The notes: generated by a model from the sequence alone, not told the origin. Positions 12,272-24,980 are shown, numbered from the stretch's first letter. The stretch: 64,000 nt of DNA from Auanema rhodensis (GCA_964057225.1 OZ059900.1:14570001-14634000), one strand, 5' to 3'. Made by a program: numbers and translations.

Positions 12272-12343
12272 TCCTCGGTAGTATAGTGGTGAGAATCCGC
12301 GTCTGTCACATGCGAGACCCGGGTTCAATTCCCGGACGGGGAG
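12272..12343 (+). tRNA. tRNA-Asp(GTC), T23A+C65A variant, possible pseudogene
   Basis: D-stem and acceptor-stem mismatches. Confidence 0.75.
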
Positions 12344-12711
12344 AATTTTTTTTGTTCTGATTCATCGTTATTTAATGTTATGCTATTTTTGTTTTTTTCC
12401 AAAAGTCGGATGAAAAAGATAATTATTAGAAAAAGGGCTGTTTTAAACTTTCTGTTTTTTCAAAAGTGATTTGAGCTTGTGTTTTTTTTCTAAATTGTTA
12501 AACATTTCCATTTAATTTAAGTATTCTATCTCAATTACGATGAAAAAAAATGGAACGTCAGCGTTAATCAATTGTTCATTGTAACACCAAACTTCAATTA
12601 GCTCTTTGAGTAAAGTAGGCCATAAATCAAGATATGTTAGAGACAGTGTTTCATTTTTCTACTTTAATTCAAACTCACACTCTTAATGAAAGTTTCTAAG
12701 TGCAAATTCAA

Positions 12712-12783
12712 TCCTCGGTAGTATAGTGGTGAGTATCCGCGTCTGTCACATGCGAGACCCGGGTTCAATTCCCGGCCGGGGAG
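12712..12783 (+). tRNA. tRNA-Asp(GTC)
   Basis: consensus copy. Confidence 0.95.
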
Positions 12784-13149
12784 AATGTTTTTGTTCTGAT
12801 TCATCGTTATTGAATGTTATGCTATTTTTGTTTTCTTCCAAAAGTCGAATTAAAAAGATAATTATTAGAAAAAAGGTTATTTTAAACTTTCTGTTTTTTC
12901 AACAGTGATTTGAGCTTGTGATATTTTCTAAATTGTTAAACATTTCTATTTAATTTAAGTGTTCTATCTTAATTACGATGAAAAAAATTGATACGTCAGC
13001 GTTTATCAATCGTTAATTGTAACACCAAACTTCAATTAGCTCTTTGAGTAAAGTAGGCCATAAATCAAGATATGTTAGAGACAGTGTTTCATTTTTCTAC
13101 TATAATTCAAACTCACACTCTTAATGAAAGTTTCTAAGTGCAAATTCAA

Positions 13150-13221
13150 TCGTCGGTAGTATAGTGGTGAGTATCCGCGTCTGTCACATGCGAGACCCGG
13201 GTTCAATTCCCGGCCGGGGAG
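13150..13221 (+). tRNA. tRNA-Asp(GTC), C3G variant
   Basis: TCGTCGG. Confidence 0.85.
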
Positions 13222-13587
13222 AATGTTTTTGTTCTGATTCATCGTTATTGAATGTTATGCTATTTTTGTTTTCTTCCAAAAGTCGAATTAAAAAGATAAT
13301 TATTAGAAAAAAGGTTATTTTAAACTTTCTGTTTTTTCAAAAGTGATTTGAGCTTGTGATATTTTCTAAATTCTTAAACATTTCCATTTAATTTAAGTAT
13401 TCTATCTCAATTACGATGAAAAAAGTTGAAACGTCAGCGTTAATCAATTGTTCATTCTAACACCAAACTTCAATTAGCTCTTTGAGTAAAGTAGGCCATA
13501 AATCAAGATATGTTAGAGACAGTGTTTCATTTTTCTACTATAATTCAAACTCACACTCTTAATGAAAGTTTCTAAGTGCAAATTCAA

Positions 13588-13659
13588 TCGTCGGTAGTAT
13601 AGTGGTGAGTATCCGCGTCTGTCACATGCGAGACCCGGGTTCAATTCCCGGCCGGGGAG
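13588..13659 (+). tRNA. tRNA-Asp(GTC), C3G variant
   Basis: TCGTCGG. Confidence 0.85.
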
Positions 13660-14025
13660 AATGTTTTTGTTCTGATTCATCGTTATTGAATGTTATGCTA
13701 TTTTTGTTTTCTTCCAAAAGTCGAATTAAAAAGATAATTATTAGAAAAAAGGTTATTTTAAACTTTCTGTTTTTTCAAAAGTGATTTGAGCTTGTGATAT
13801 TTTCTAAATTCTTAAACATTTCCATTTAATTTAAGTATTCTATCTCAATTACGATGAAAAAAGTTGAAACGTCAGCGTTAATCAATTGTTCATTCTAACA
13901 CCAAACTTCAATTAGCTCTTTGAGTAAAGTAGGCCATAAATCAAGATATGTTAGAGACAGTGTTTCATTTTTCTACTATAATTCAAACTCACACTCTTAA
14001 TGAAAGTTTCTAAGTGCAAATTCAA

Positions 14026-14097
14026 TCGTCGGTAGTATAGTGGTGAGTATCCGCGTCTGTCACATGCGAGACCCGGGTTCAATTCCCGGCCGGGGAG
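14026..14097 (+). tRNA. tRNA-Asp(GTC), C3G variant
   Basis: TCGTCGG. Confidence 0.85.
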
Positions 14098-14463
14098 AAT
14101 GTTTTTGTTCTGATTCATCGTTATTGAATGTTATGCTATTTTTGTTTTCTTCCAAAAGTCGAATTAAAAAGATAATTATTAGAAAAAAGGTTATTTTAAA
14201 CTTTCTGTTTTTTCAACAGTGATTTGAGCTTGTGATATTTTCTAAATTTTTAAACATTTCCATTTAATTTAAGTATTCTATCTCAATTACGATGAAAAAA
14301 AATGGAACGTCAGCGTTAATCAATTGTTCATTGTAACACCAAACTTCAATTAGCTCTTTGAGTAAAGTAGGCCATAAATCAAGATATGTTAGAGACAGTG
14401 TTTCATTTTTCTACTTTAATTCAAACTCACACTCTTAATGAAAGTTTCTAAGTGCAAATTCAA

Positions 14464-14535
14464 TCCTCGGTAGTATAGTGGTGAGTATCCGCGTCTGTCA
14501 CATGCGAGACCCGGGTTCAATTCCCGGCCGGGGAG
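14464..14535 (+). tRNA. tRNA-Asp(GTC)
   Basis: consensus copy. Confidence 0.95.
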
Positions 14536-14902
14536 AATGTTTTTGTTCTGATTCATCGTTATTGAATGTTATGCTATTTTTGTTTTCTTCAAAAAGTCGG
14601 CTAAAAACGATAATTATTAGAAAAAAGATTGTTTTAAACTTTCTGCTTTTTCAAAAGTGATTTGAGCTTGTGTTTTTTTTCTAAATTGTTAAACATTTCT
14701 ATTTAATTTAAATGTTCTATCTCAATTACGATGAAAAAAATTGAAACGTCAGCGTTAATCAATTGTTCATTCTAACACCAAACTTCAATTAGCTCTTTGA
14801 GTAAAGTAGGCCATAAATCAAGATATGTTAGAGACAGTGTTTCATTTTTCTACTTTAATTCAAACTCACACTCTTAATGAAAGTTTCTAAGTGCGAATTC
14901 AA

Positions 14903-14974
14903 TCCTCGGTAGTATAGTGGTGAGAATCCGCGTCTGTCACATGCGAGACCCGGGTTCAATTCCCGGACGGGGAG
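14903..14974 (+). tRNA. tRNA-Asp(GTC), T23A+C65A variant, possible pseudogene
   Basis: D-stem and acceptor-stem mismatches. Confidence 0.75.
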
Positions 14975-15342
14975 AATTTTTTTTGTTCTGATTCATCGTT
15001 ATTTAATGTTATGCTATTTTTGTTTTTTTCCAAAAGTCGGATGAAAAAGATAATTATTAGAAAAAGGGCTGTTTTAAACTTTCTGTTTTTTCAAAAGTGA
15101 TTTGAGCTTGTGTTTTTTTTCTAAATTGTTAAACATTTCCATTTATTTTAAATGTTCTATCTCAATTACGATGAAAAAAATTAAAACGTCAGCGTTAATC
15201 AATTGTTCATTCTAACACCAAACTTCAATTAGCTCTTTGAGTAAAGTAGGCCATAAATCAAGATATGTTAGAGACAGTGTTTCATTTTTCTACTTTAATT
15301 CAAACTCACACTCTTAATGAAAGTTTCTAAGTGCAAATTCAA

Positions 15343-15414
15343 TCCTCGGTAGTATAGTGGTGAGTATCCGCGTCTGTCACATGCGAGACCCGGGTTCAAT
15401 TCCCGGCCGGGGAG
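15343..15414 (+). tRNA. tRNA-Asp(GTC)
   Basis: consensus copy. Confidence 0.95.
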
Positions 15415-15780
15415 AATGTTTTTGTTCTGATTCATCGTTATTGAATGTTATGCTATTTTTGTTTTCTTCCAAAAGTCGAATTAAAAAGATAATTATTAGA
15501 AAAAAGGTTATTTTAAACTTTCTGTTTTTTCAACAGTGATTTGAGCTTGTGATATTTTCTAAATTTTTAAACATTTCCATTTAATTTAAGTATTCTATCT
15601 CAATTACGATGAAAAAAAATGGAACGTCAGCGTTAATCAATTGTTCATTGTAACACCAAACTTCAATTAGCTCTTTGAGTAAAGTAGGCCATAAATCAAG
15701 ATATGTTAGAGACAGTGTTTCATTTTTCTACTTTAATTCAAACTCACACTCTTAATGAAAGTTTCTAAGTGCAAATTCAA

Positions 15781-15852
15781 TCCTCGGTAGTATAGTGGTG
15801 AGTATCCGCGTCTGTCACATGCGAGACCCGGGTTCAATTCCCGGCCGGGGAG
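15781..15852 (+). tRNA. tRNA-Asp(GTC)
   Basis: consensus copy. Confidence 0.95.
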
Positions 15853-16218
15853 AATGTTTTTGTTCTGATTCATCGTTATTGAATGTTATGCTATTTTTGT
15901 TTTCTTCAAAAAGTCGGATAAAGACGATAATTATTAGAAAAAAGATTGTTTTAAACTTTCTGCTTTTTCAAAAGTGATTTGAGCTTGTGATTTTTTTTAA
16001 ATTTTCAAACATTTCTATTTAATTTAAGTGTTCTATCTTAATTACGATGAAAAAAATTGATACGTCAGCGTTTATCAATCGTTAATTGTAACACCAAACT
16101 TCAATTAGCTCTTTGAGTAAAGTAGGCCATAAATCAAGATATGTTAGAGACAGTGTTTCATTTTTCTACTTTAATTCAAACTCACACTCTTAATGAAAGT
16201 TTCTAAGTGCAAATTCAA

Positions 16219-16290
16219 TCCTCGGTAGTATAGTGGTGAGTATCCGCGTCTGTCACATGCGAGACCCGGGTTCAATTCCCGGCCGGGGAG
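16219..16290 (+). tRNA. tRNA-Asp(GTC)
   Basis: consensus copy. Confidence 0.95.
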
Positions 16291-16656
16291 AATGTTTTTG
16301 TTCTGATTCATCGTTATTGAATGTTATGCTATTTTTGTTTTCTTCAAAAAGTCGGATAAAGACGATAATTATTAGAAAAAAGATTGTTTTAAACTTTCTG
16401 CTGTTTCAAAAGTGATTTGAGCTTGTGATTTTTTTTAAATTTTCAAACATTTCTATTTAATTTAAGTGTTCTATCTTAATTACGATGAAAAAAATTGATA
16501 CGTCAGCGTTTATCAATCGTTAATTGTAACACCAAACTTCAATTAGCTCTTTGAGTAAAGTAGGCCATAAATCAAGATATGTTAGAGACAGTGTTTCATT
16601 TTTCTACTTTAATTCAAACTCACACTCTTAATGAAAGTTTCTAAGTGCAAATTCAA

Positions 16657-16728
16657 TCCTCGGTAGTATAGTGGTGAGTATCCGCGTCTGTCACATGCGA
16701 GACCCGGGTTCAATTCCCGGCCGGGGAG
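16657..16728 (+). tRNA. tRNA-Asp(GTC)
   Basis: consensus copy. Confidence 0.95.
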
Positions 16729-17094
16729 AATGTTTTTGTTCTGATTCATCGTTATTGAATGTTATGCTATTTTTGTTTTCTTCAAAAAGTCGGATAAAGA
16801 CGATAATTATTAGAAAAAAGATTGTTTTAAACTTTCTGCTGTTTCAAAAGTGATTTGAGCTTGTGATTTTTTTTAAATTTTCAAACATTTCTATTTAATT
16901 TAAGTGTTCTATCTTAATTACGATGAAAAAAATTGATACGTCAGCGTTTATCAATCGTTAATTGTAACACCAAACTTCAATTAGCTCTTTGAGTAAAGTA
17001 GACCATAAATCAAGATATGTTAGAGACAGTGTTTCATTTTTCTACTTTAATTCAAACTCACACTCTTAATGAAAGTTTCTAAGTGCAAATTCAA

Positions 17095-17166
17095 TCCTCG
17101 GTAGTATAGTGGTGAGTATCCGCGTCTGTCACATGCGAGACCCGGGTTCAATTCCCGGCCGGGGAG
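17095..17166 (+). tRNA. tRNA-Asp(GTC)
   Basis: consensus copy. Confidence 0.95.
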
Positions 17167-17532
17167 AATGCTTTTGTTCTGATTCATCATTATTGAATGT
17201 TATGCTATTTTTGTTTTCTTCAAAAAGTCGGATAAAGACGATAATTATTAGAAAAAAGATTGTTTTAAACTTTCTGCTTTTTCAAAAGTGGTTTGAGCTT
17301 GTGATTTTTTTTAAATTTTCAAACATTTCTATTTAATTTAAGTGTTCTATCTTAATTACGATGAAAAAAATTGATACGTCAGCGTTTATCAATCGTTAAT
17401 TGTAACACCAAACTTCAATTAGCTCTTTGAGTAAAGTAGGCCATAAATCAAGATATGTTAGAGACAGTGTTTCATTTTTCTACTTTAATTCAAACTCACA
17501 CTCTTAATGAAAGTTTCTAAGTGCAAATTCAA

Positions 17533-17604
17533 TCCTCGGTAGTATAGTGGTGAGTATCCGCGTCTGTCACATGCGAGACCCGGGTTCAATTCCCGGCCGG
17601 GGAG
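17533..17604 (+). tRNA. tRNA-Asp(GTC)
   Basis: consensus copy. Confidence 0.95.
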
Positions 17605-17970
17605 AATGTTTTTGTTCTGATTCATCGTTATTGAATGTTATGCTATTTTTGTTTTCTTCCAAAAGTCGAATTAAAAAGATAATTATTAGAAAAAAGGTTA
17701 TTTTAAACTTTCTGTTTTTTCAACAGTGATTTGAGCTTGTGATATTTTCTAAATTTTTAAACATTTCCATTTAATTTAAGTATTCTATCTCAATTACGAT
17801 GAAAAAAAATGGAACGTCAGCGTTAATCAATTGTTCATTGTAACACCAAACTTCAATTAGCTCTTTGAGTAAAGTAGGCCATAAATCAAGATATGTTAGA
17901 GACAGTGTTTCATTTTTCTACTTTAATTCAAACTCACACTCTTAATGAAAGTTTCTAAGTGCAAATTCAA

Positions 17971-18042
17971 TCCTCGGTAGTATAGTGGTGAGTATCCGCG
18001 TCTGTCACATGCGAGACCCGGGTTCAATTCCCGGCCGGGGAG
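17971..18042 (+). tRNA. tRNA-Asp(GTC)
   Basis: consensus copy. Confidence 0.95.
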
Positions 18043-18408
18043 AATGCTTTTGTTCTGATTCATCGTTATTGAATGTTATGCTATTTTTGTTTTCTTCAAA
18101 AAGTCGGATAAAGACGATAATTATTAGAAAAAAGATTGTTTTAAACTTTCTGCTTTTTCAAAAGTGATTTGAGCTTGTGATTTTTTTTAAATTTTCAAAC
18201 ATTTCTATTTAATTTAAGTGTTCTATCTTAATTACGATGAAAAAAATTAAAACGTCAGCGTTAATCAATTGTTCATTCTAACACCAAACTTCAATTAGCT
18301 CTTTGAGTAAAGTAGGCCATAAATCAAGATATGTTAGAGACAGTGTTTCATTTTTCTACTTTAATTCAAACTCACACTCTTAATGAAAGTTTCTAAGTGC
18401 AAATTCAA

Positions 18409-18480
18409 TCCTCGGTAGTATAGTGGTGAGTATCCGCGTCTGTCACATGCGAGACCCGGGTTCAATTCCCGGCCGGGGAG
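18409..18480 (+). tRNA. tRNA-Asp(GTC)
   Basis: consensus copy. Confidence 0.95.
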
Positions 18481-18846
18481 AATGTTTTTGTTCTGATTCA
18501 TCGTTATTGAATGTTATGCTATTTTTGTTTTCTTCCAAAAGTCGAATTAAAAAGATAATTATTAGAAAAAAGGTTATTTTAAACTTTCTGTTTTTTCAAC
18601 AGTGATTTGAGCTTGTGATATTTTCTAAATTTTTAAACATTTCCATTTAATTTAAGTATTCTATCTCAATTACGATGAAAAAAAATGGAACGTCAGCGTT
18701 AATCAATTGTTCATTGTAACACCAAACTTCAATTAGCTCTTTGAGTAAAGTAGGCCATAAATCAAGATATGTTAGAGACAGTGTTTCATTTTTCTACTTT
18801 AATTCAAACTCACACTCTTAATGAAAGTTTCTAAGTGCAAATTCAA

Positions 18847-18918
18847 TCCTCGGTAGTATAGTGGTGAGTATCCGCGTCTGTCACATGCGAGACCCGGGTT
18901 CAATTCCCGGCCGGGGAG
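18847..18918 (+). tRNA. tRNA-Asp(GTC)
   Basis: consensus copy. Confidence 0.95.
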
Positions 18919-19284
18919 AATGTTTTTGTTCTGATTCATCGTTATTGAATGTTATGCTATTTTTGTTTTCTTCAAAAAGTCGGATAAAGACGATAATTAT
19001 TAGAAAAAAGATTGTTTTAAACTTTCTGCTTTTTCAAAAGTGATTTGAGCTTGTGATTTTTTTTAAATTTTCAAACATTTCTATTTAATTTAAGTGTTCT
19101 ATCTTAATTACGATGAAAAAAATTGATACGTCAGCGTTTATCAATCGTTAATTGTAACACCAAACTTCAATTAGCTCTTTGAGTAAAGTAGGCCATAAAT
19201 CAAGATATGTTAGAGACAGTGTTTCATTTTTCTACTTTAATTCAAACTCACACTCTTAATGAAAGTTTCTAAGTGCAAATTCAA

Positions 19285-19356
19285 TCCTCGGTAGTATAGT
19301 GGTGAGTATCCGCGTCTGTCACATGCGAGACCCGGGTTCAATTCCCGGCCGGGGAG
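19285..19356 (+). tRNA. tRNA-Asp(GTC)
   Basis: consensus copy. Confidence 0.95.
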
Positions 19357-19722
19357 AATGTTTTTGTTCTGATTCATCGTTATTGAATGTTATGCTATTT
19401 TTGTTTTCTTCAAAAAGTCGGATAAAGACGATAATTATTAGAAAAAAGATTGTTTTAAACTTTCTGCTGTTTCAAAAGTGATTTGAGCTTGTGATTTTTT
19501 TTAAATTTTCAAACATTTCTATTTAATTTAAGTGTTCTATCTTAATTACGATGAAAAAAATTGATACGTCAGCGTTTATCAATCGTTAATTGTAACACCA
19601 AACTTCAATTAGCTCTTTGAGTAAAGTAGGCCATAAATCAAGATATGTTAGAGACAGTGTTTCATTTTTCTACTTTAATTCAAACTCACACTCTTAATGA
19701 AAGTTTCTAAGTGCAAATTCAA

Positions 19723-19794
19723 TCCTCGGTAGTATAGTGGTGAGTATCCGCGTCTGTCACATGCGAGACCCGGGTTCAATTCCCGGCCGGGGAG
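19723..19794 (+). tRNA. tRNA-Asp(GTC)
   Basis: consensus copy. Confidence 0.95.
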
Positions 19795-20160
19795 AATGTT
19801 TTTGTTCTGATTCATCGTTATTGAATGTTATGCTATTTTTGTTTTCTTCAAAAAGTCGGATAAAGACGATAATTATTAGAAAAAAGATTGTTTTAAACTT
19901 TCTGCTGTTTCAAAAGTGATTTGAGCTTGTGATTTTTTTTAAATTTTCAAACATTTCTATTTAATTTAAGTGTTCTATCTTAATTACGATGAAAAAAATT
20001 GATACGTCAGCGTTTATCAATCGTTAATTGTAACACCAAACTTCAATTAGCTCTTTGAGTAAAGTAGACCATAAATCAAGATATGTTAGAGACAGTGTTT
20101 CATTTTTCTACTTTAATTCAAACTCACACTCTTAATGAAAGTTTCTAAGTGCAAATTCAA

Positions 20161-20232
20161 TCCTCGGTAGTATAGTGGTGAGTATCCGCGTCTGTCACAT
20201 GCGAGACCCGGGTTCAATTCCCGGCCGGGGAG
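20161..20232 (+). tRNA. tRNA-Asp(GTC)
   Basis: consensus copy. Confidence 0.95.
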
Positions 20233-20597
20233 AATGTTTTTGTTCTGATTCATCGTTATTGAATGTTATGCTATTTTTGTTTTCTTCAAAAAGTCGGATA
20301 AAAACGATAATTATTAGAAAAAAGATTGTTTTAAACTTTCTGCTTTTTCAAAAGTGATTTGAGCTTGTGATTTTTTTAAATTCTTAAACATTTCCATTTA
20401 ATTTAAATGTTCTATCTCAATTACGATGAAAAAAGTTGAAACGTCAGCGTTAATCAATTGTTCATTCTAACACCAAACTTCAATTAGCTCTTTGAGTAAA
20501 GTAGGCCATAAATCAAGATATGTTAGAGACAGTGTTTCATTTTTCTACTTTAATTCAAACTCACACTCTTAATGAAAGTTTCTAAGTGCAAATTCAA

Positions 20598-20669
20598 TCC
20601 TCGGTAGTATAGTGGTGAGTATCCGCGTCTGTCACATGCGAGACCCGGGTTCAATTCCCGGCCGGGGAG
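20598..20669 (+). tRNA. tRNA-Asp(GTC)
   Basis: consensus copy. Confidence 0.95.
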
Positions 20670-21035
20670 AATGCTTTTGTTCTGATTCATCATTATTGAA
20701 TGTTATGCTATTTTTGTTTTCTTCAAAAAGTCGGATAAAGACGATAATTATTAGAAAAAAGATTGTTTTAAACTTTCTGCTTTTTCAAAAGTGGTTTGAG
20801 CTTGTGATTTTTTTTAAATTTTCAAACATTTCTATTTAATTTAAGTGTTCTATCTTAATTACGATGAAAAAAATTGATACGTCAGCGTTTATCAATCGTT
20901 AATTGTAACACCAAACTTCAATTAGCTCTTTGAGTAAAGTAGGCCATAAATCAAGATATGTTAGAGACAGTGTTTCATTTTTCTACTTTAATTCAAACTC
21001 ACACTCTTAATGAAAGTTTCTAAGTGCAAATTCAA

Positions 21036-21107
21036 TCCTCGGTAGTATAGTGGTGAGTATCCGCGTCTGTCACATGCGAGACCCGGGTTCAATTCCCGGC
21101 CGGGGAG
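21036..21107 (+). tRNA. tRNA-Asp(GTC)
   Basis: consensus copy. Confidence 0.95.
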
Positions 21108-21473
21108 AATGTTTTTGTTCTGATTCATCGTTATTGAATGTTATGCTATTTTTGTTTTCTTCCAAAAGTCGAATTAAAAAGATAATTATTAGAAAAAAGG
21201 TTATTTTAAACTTTCTGTTTTTTCAACAGTGATTTGAGCTTGTGATATTTTCTAAATTTTTAAACATTTCCATTTAATTTAAGTATTCTATCTCAATTAC
21301 GATGAAAAAAAATGGAACGTCAGCGTTAATCAATTGTTCATTGTAACACCAAACTTCAATTAGCTCTTTGAGTAAAGTAGGCCATAAATCAAGATATGTT
21401 AGAGACAGTGTTTCATTTTTCTACTTTAATTCAAACTCACACTCTTAATGAAAGTTTCTAAGTGCAAATTCAA

Positions 21474-21545
21474 TCCTCGGTAGTATAGTGGTGAGTATCC
21501 GCGTCTGTCACATGCGAGACCCGGGTTCAATTCCCGGCCGGGGAG
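21474..21545 (+). tRNA. tRNA-Asp(GTC)
   Basis: consensus copy. Confidence 0.95.
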
Positions 21546-21911
21546 AATGCTTTTGTTCTGATTCATCGTTATTGAATGTTATGCTATTTTTGTTTTCTTC
21601 AAAAAGTCGGATAAAAACGATAATTATTAGAAAAAAGATTGTTTTAAACTTTCTGCTTTTTCAAAAGTGATTTGAGCTTGTGATTTTTTTTAAATTCTTA
21701 AACATTTCCATTTAATTTAAATGTTCTATCTCAATTACGATGAAAAAAATTGAAACGTCAGCGTTAATCAATTGTTCATTCTAACACCAAACTTCAATTA
21801 GCTCTTTGAGTAAAGTAGGCCATAAATCAAGATATGTTAGAGACAGTGTTTCATTTTTCTACTTTAATTCAAACTCACACTCTTAATGAAAGTTTCTAAG
21901 TGCAAATTCAA

Positions 21912-21983
21912 TCCTCGGTAGTATAGTGGTGAGTATCCGCGTCTGTCACATGCGAGACCCGGGTTCAATTCCCGGCCGGGGAG
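21912..21983 (+). tRNA. tRNA-Asp(GTC)
   Basis: consensus copy. Confidence 0.95.
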
Positions 21984-22349
21984 AATGTTTTTGTTCTGAT
22001 TCATCGTTATTGAATGTTATGCTATTTTTGTTTTCTTCAAAAAGTCGGATAAAGACGATAATTATTAGAAAAAAGATTGTTTTAAACTTTCTGTTTTTTC
22101 AAAAGTGGTTTGAGCTTGTGATTTTTTCAAAATTTTCAAACATTTCTATTTAATTCAAGTGTTCTATCTTAATTACGATGAAAAAAATTGATACGTCAGC
22201 GTTTATCAATCGTTAATTGTAACACCAAACTTCAATTAGCTCTTTGAGTAAAGTAGGCCATAAATCAAGATATGTTAGAGACAGTGTTTCATTTTTCTAC
22301 TTTAATTCAAACTCACACTCTTAATGAAAGTTTCTAAGTGCAAATTCAA

Positions 22350-22421
22350 TCCTCGGTAGTATAGTGGTGAGTATCCGCGTCTGTCACATGCGAGACCCGG
22401 GTTCAATTCCCGGCCGGGGAG
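22350..22421 (+). tRNA. tRNA-Asp(GTC)
   Basis: consensus copy. Confidence 0.95.
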
Positions 22422-22787
22422 AATGTTTTTGTTCTGATTCATCGTTATTGAATGTTATGCTATTTTTGTTTTCTTCAAAAAGTCGGATAAAGACGATAAT
22501 TATTAGAAAAAAGATTGTTTTAAACTTTCTGTTTTTTCAAAAGTGGTTTGAGCTTGTGATTTTTTCAAAATTTTCAAACATTTCTATTTAATTCAAGTGT
22601 TCTATCTTAATTACGATGAAAAAAATTGATACGTCAGCGTTTATCAATCGTTAATTGTAACACCAAACTTCAATTAGCTCTTTGAGTAAAGTAGGCCATA
22701 AATCAAGATATGTTAGAGACAGTGTTTCATTTTTCTACTTTAATTCAAACTCACACTCTTAATGAAAGTTTCTAAGTGCAAATTCAA

Positions 22788-22859
22788 TCCTCGGTAGTAT
22801 AGTGGTGAGTATCCGCGTCTGTCACATGCGAGACCCGGGTTCAATTCCCGGCCGGGGAG
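22788..22859 (+). tRNA. tRNA-Asp(GTC)
   Basis: consensus copy. Confidence 0.95.
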
Positions 22860-23226
22860 AATGTTTTTGTTCTGATTCATCGTTATTGAATGTTATGCTA
22901 TTTTTGTTTTCTTCAAAAAGTCGGATAAAAACGATAATTATTAGAAAAAAGATTGTTTTAAACTTTCTGCTTTTTCAAAAGTGATTTGAGCTTGTGATTT
23001 TTTTTTAAATTTTCAAACATTTCTATTTAATTTAAATGTTCTATCTTAATTACGATGAAAAAAATTGATACGTCAGCGTTTATCAATCGTTAATTGTAAC
23101 ACCAAACTTCAATTAGCTCTTTGAGTAAAGTAGGCCATAAATCAAGATATGTTAGAGACAGTGTTTCATTTTTCTACTTTAATTCAAACTCACACTCTTA
23201 ATGAAAGTTTCTAAGTGCAAATTCAA

Positions 23227-23298
23227 TCCTCGGTAGTATAGTGGTGAGTATCCGCGTCTGTCACATGCGAGACCCGGGTTCAATTCCCGGCCGGGGAG
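23227..23298 (+). tRNA. tRNA-Asp(GTC)
   Basis: consensus copy. Confidence 0.95.
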
Positions 23299-23664
23299 AA
23301 TGTTTTTGTTCTGATTCATCGTTATTGAATGTTATGCTATTTTTGTTTTCTTCAAAAAGTCGGATAAAAACGATAATTATTAGAAAAAAGATTGTTATAA
23401 ACTTTCTGCTTTTTCAAAAGTGATTTGAGCTTGTGATTTTTTTTAAATTTTCAAACATTTCTATTTAATTTAAGTGTTCTATCTTAATTACGATGAAAAA
23501 AATTGATACGTCAGCGTTTATCAATCGTTAATTGTAACACCAAACTTCAATTAGCTCTTTGAGTAAAGTAGGCCATAAATCAAGATATGTTAGAGACAGT
23601 GTTTCATTTTTCTACTTTAATTCAAACTCACACTCTTAATGAAAGTTTCTAAGTGCAAATTCAA

Positions 23665-23736
23665 TCCTCGGTAGTATAGTGGTGAGTATCCGCGTCTGTC
23701 ACATGCGAGACCCGGGTTCAATTCCCGGCCGGGGAG
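23665..23736 (+). tRNA. tRNA-Asp(GTC)
   Basis: consensus copy. Confidence 0.95.
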
Positions 23737-24103
23737 AATGTTTTTGTTCTGATTCATCGTTATTGAATGTTATGCTATTTTTGTTTTCTTCAAAAAGTCG
23801 GATAAAAACGATAATTATTAGAAAAAAGATTGTTTTAAACTTTCTGCTTTTTCAAAAGTGATTTGAGCTTGTGATTTTTTTTTAAATTTTCAAACATTTC
23901 TATTTAATTTAAGTGTTCTATCTTAATTACGATGAAAAAAATTGATACGTCAGCGTTTATCAATCGTTAATTGTAACACCAAACTTCAATTAGCTCTTTG
24001 AGTAAAGTAGGCCATAAATCAAGATATGTTAGAGACAGTGTTTCATTTCTCTACTTTAATTCAAACTCACACTCTTAATGAAAGTTTCTAAGTGCAAATT
24101 CAA

Positions 24104-24175
24104 TCCTCGGTAGTATAGTGGTGAGTATCCGCGTCTGTCACATGCGAGACCCGGGTTCAATTCCCGGCCGGGGAG
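24104..24175 (+). tRNA. tRNA-Asp(GTC)
   Basis: consensus copy. Confidence 0.95.
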
Positions 24176-24542
24176 AATGTTTTTGTTCTGATTCATCGTT
24201 ATTGAATGTTATGCTATTTTTGTTTTCTTCAAAAAGTCGGATAAAAACGATAATTATTAGAAAAAAGATTGTTTTAAACTTTCTGCTTTTTCAAAAGTGA
24301 TTTGAGCTTGTGATTTTTTTTTAAATTTTCAAACATTTCTATTTAATTTAAATGTTCTATCTTAATTACGATGAAAAAAATTGATACGTCAGCGTTTATC
24401 AATCGTTAATTGTAACACCAAACTTCAATTAGCTCTTTGAGTAAAGTAGGCCATAAATCAAGATATGTTAGAGACAGTGTTTCATTTTTCTACTTTAATT
24501 CAAACTCACACTCTTAATGAAAGTTTCTAAGTGCAAATTCAA

Positions 24543-24614
24543 TCCTCGGTAGTATAGTGGTGAGTATCCGCGTCTGTCACATGCGAGACCCGGGTTCAAT
24601 TCCCGGCCGGGGAG
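24543..24614 (+). tRNA. tRNA-Asp(GTC)
   Basis: consensus copy. Confidence 0.95.
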
Positions 24615-24980
24615 AATGTTTTTGTTCTGATTCATCGTTATTGAATGTTATGCTATTTTTGTTTTCTTCAAAAAGTCGGATAAAAACGATAATTATTAGA
24701 AAAAAGATTGTTATAAACTTTCTGCTTTTTCAAAAGTGATTTGAGCTTGTGATTTTTTTTAAATTTTCAAACATTTCTATTTAATTTAAGTGTTCTATCT
24801 TAATTACGATGAAAAAAATTGATACGTCAGCGTTTATCAATCGTTAATTGTAACACCAAACTTCAATTAGCTCTTTGAGTAAAGTAGGCCATAAATCAAG
24901 ATATGTTAGAGACAGTGTTTCATTTTTCTACTTTAATTCAAACTCACACTCTTAATGAAAGTTTCTAAGTGCAAATTCAA

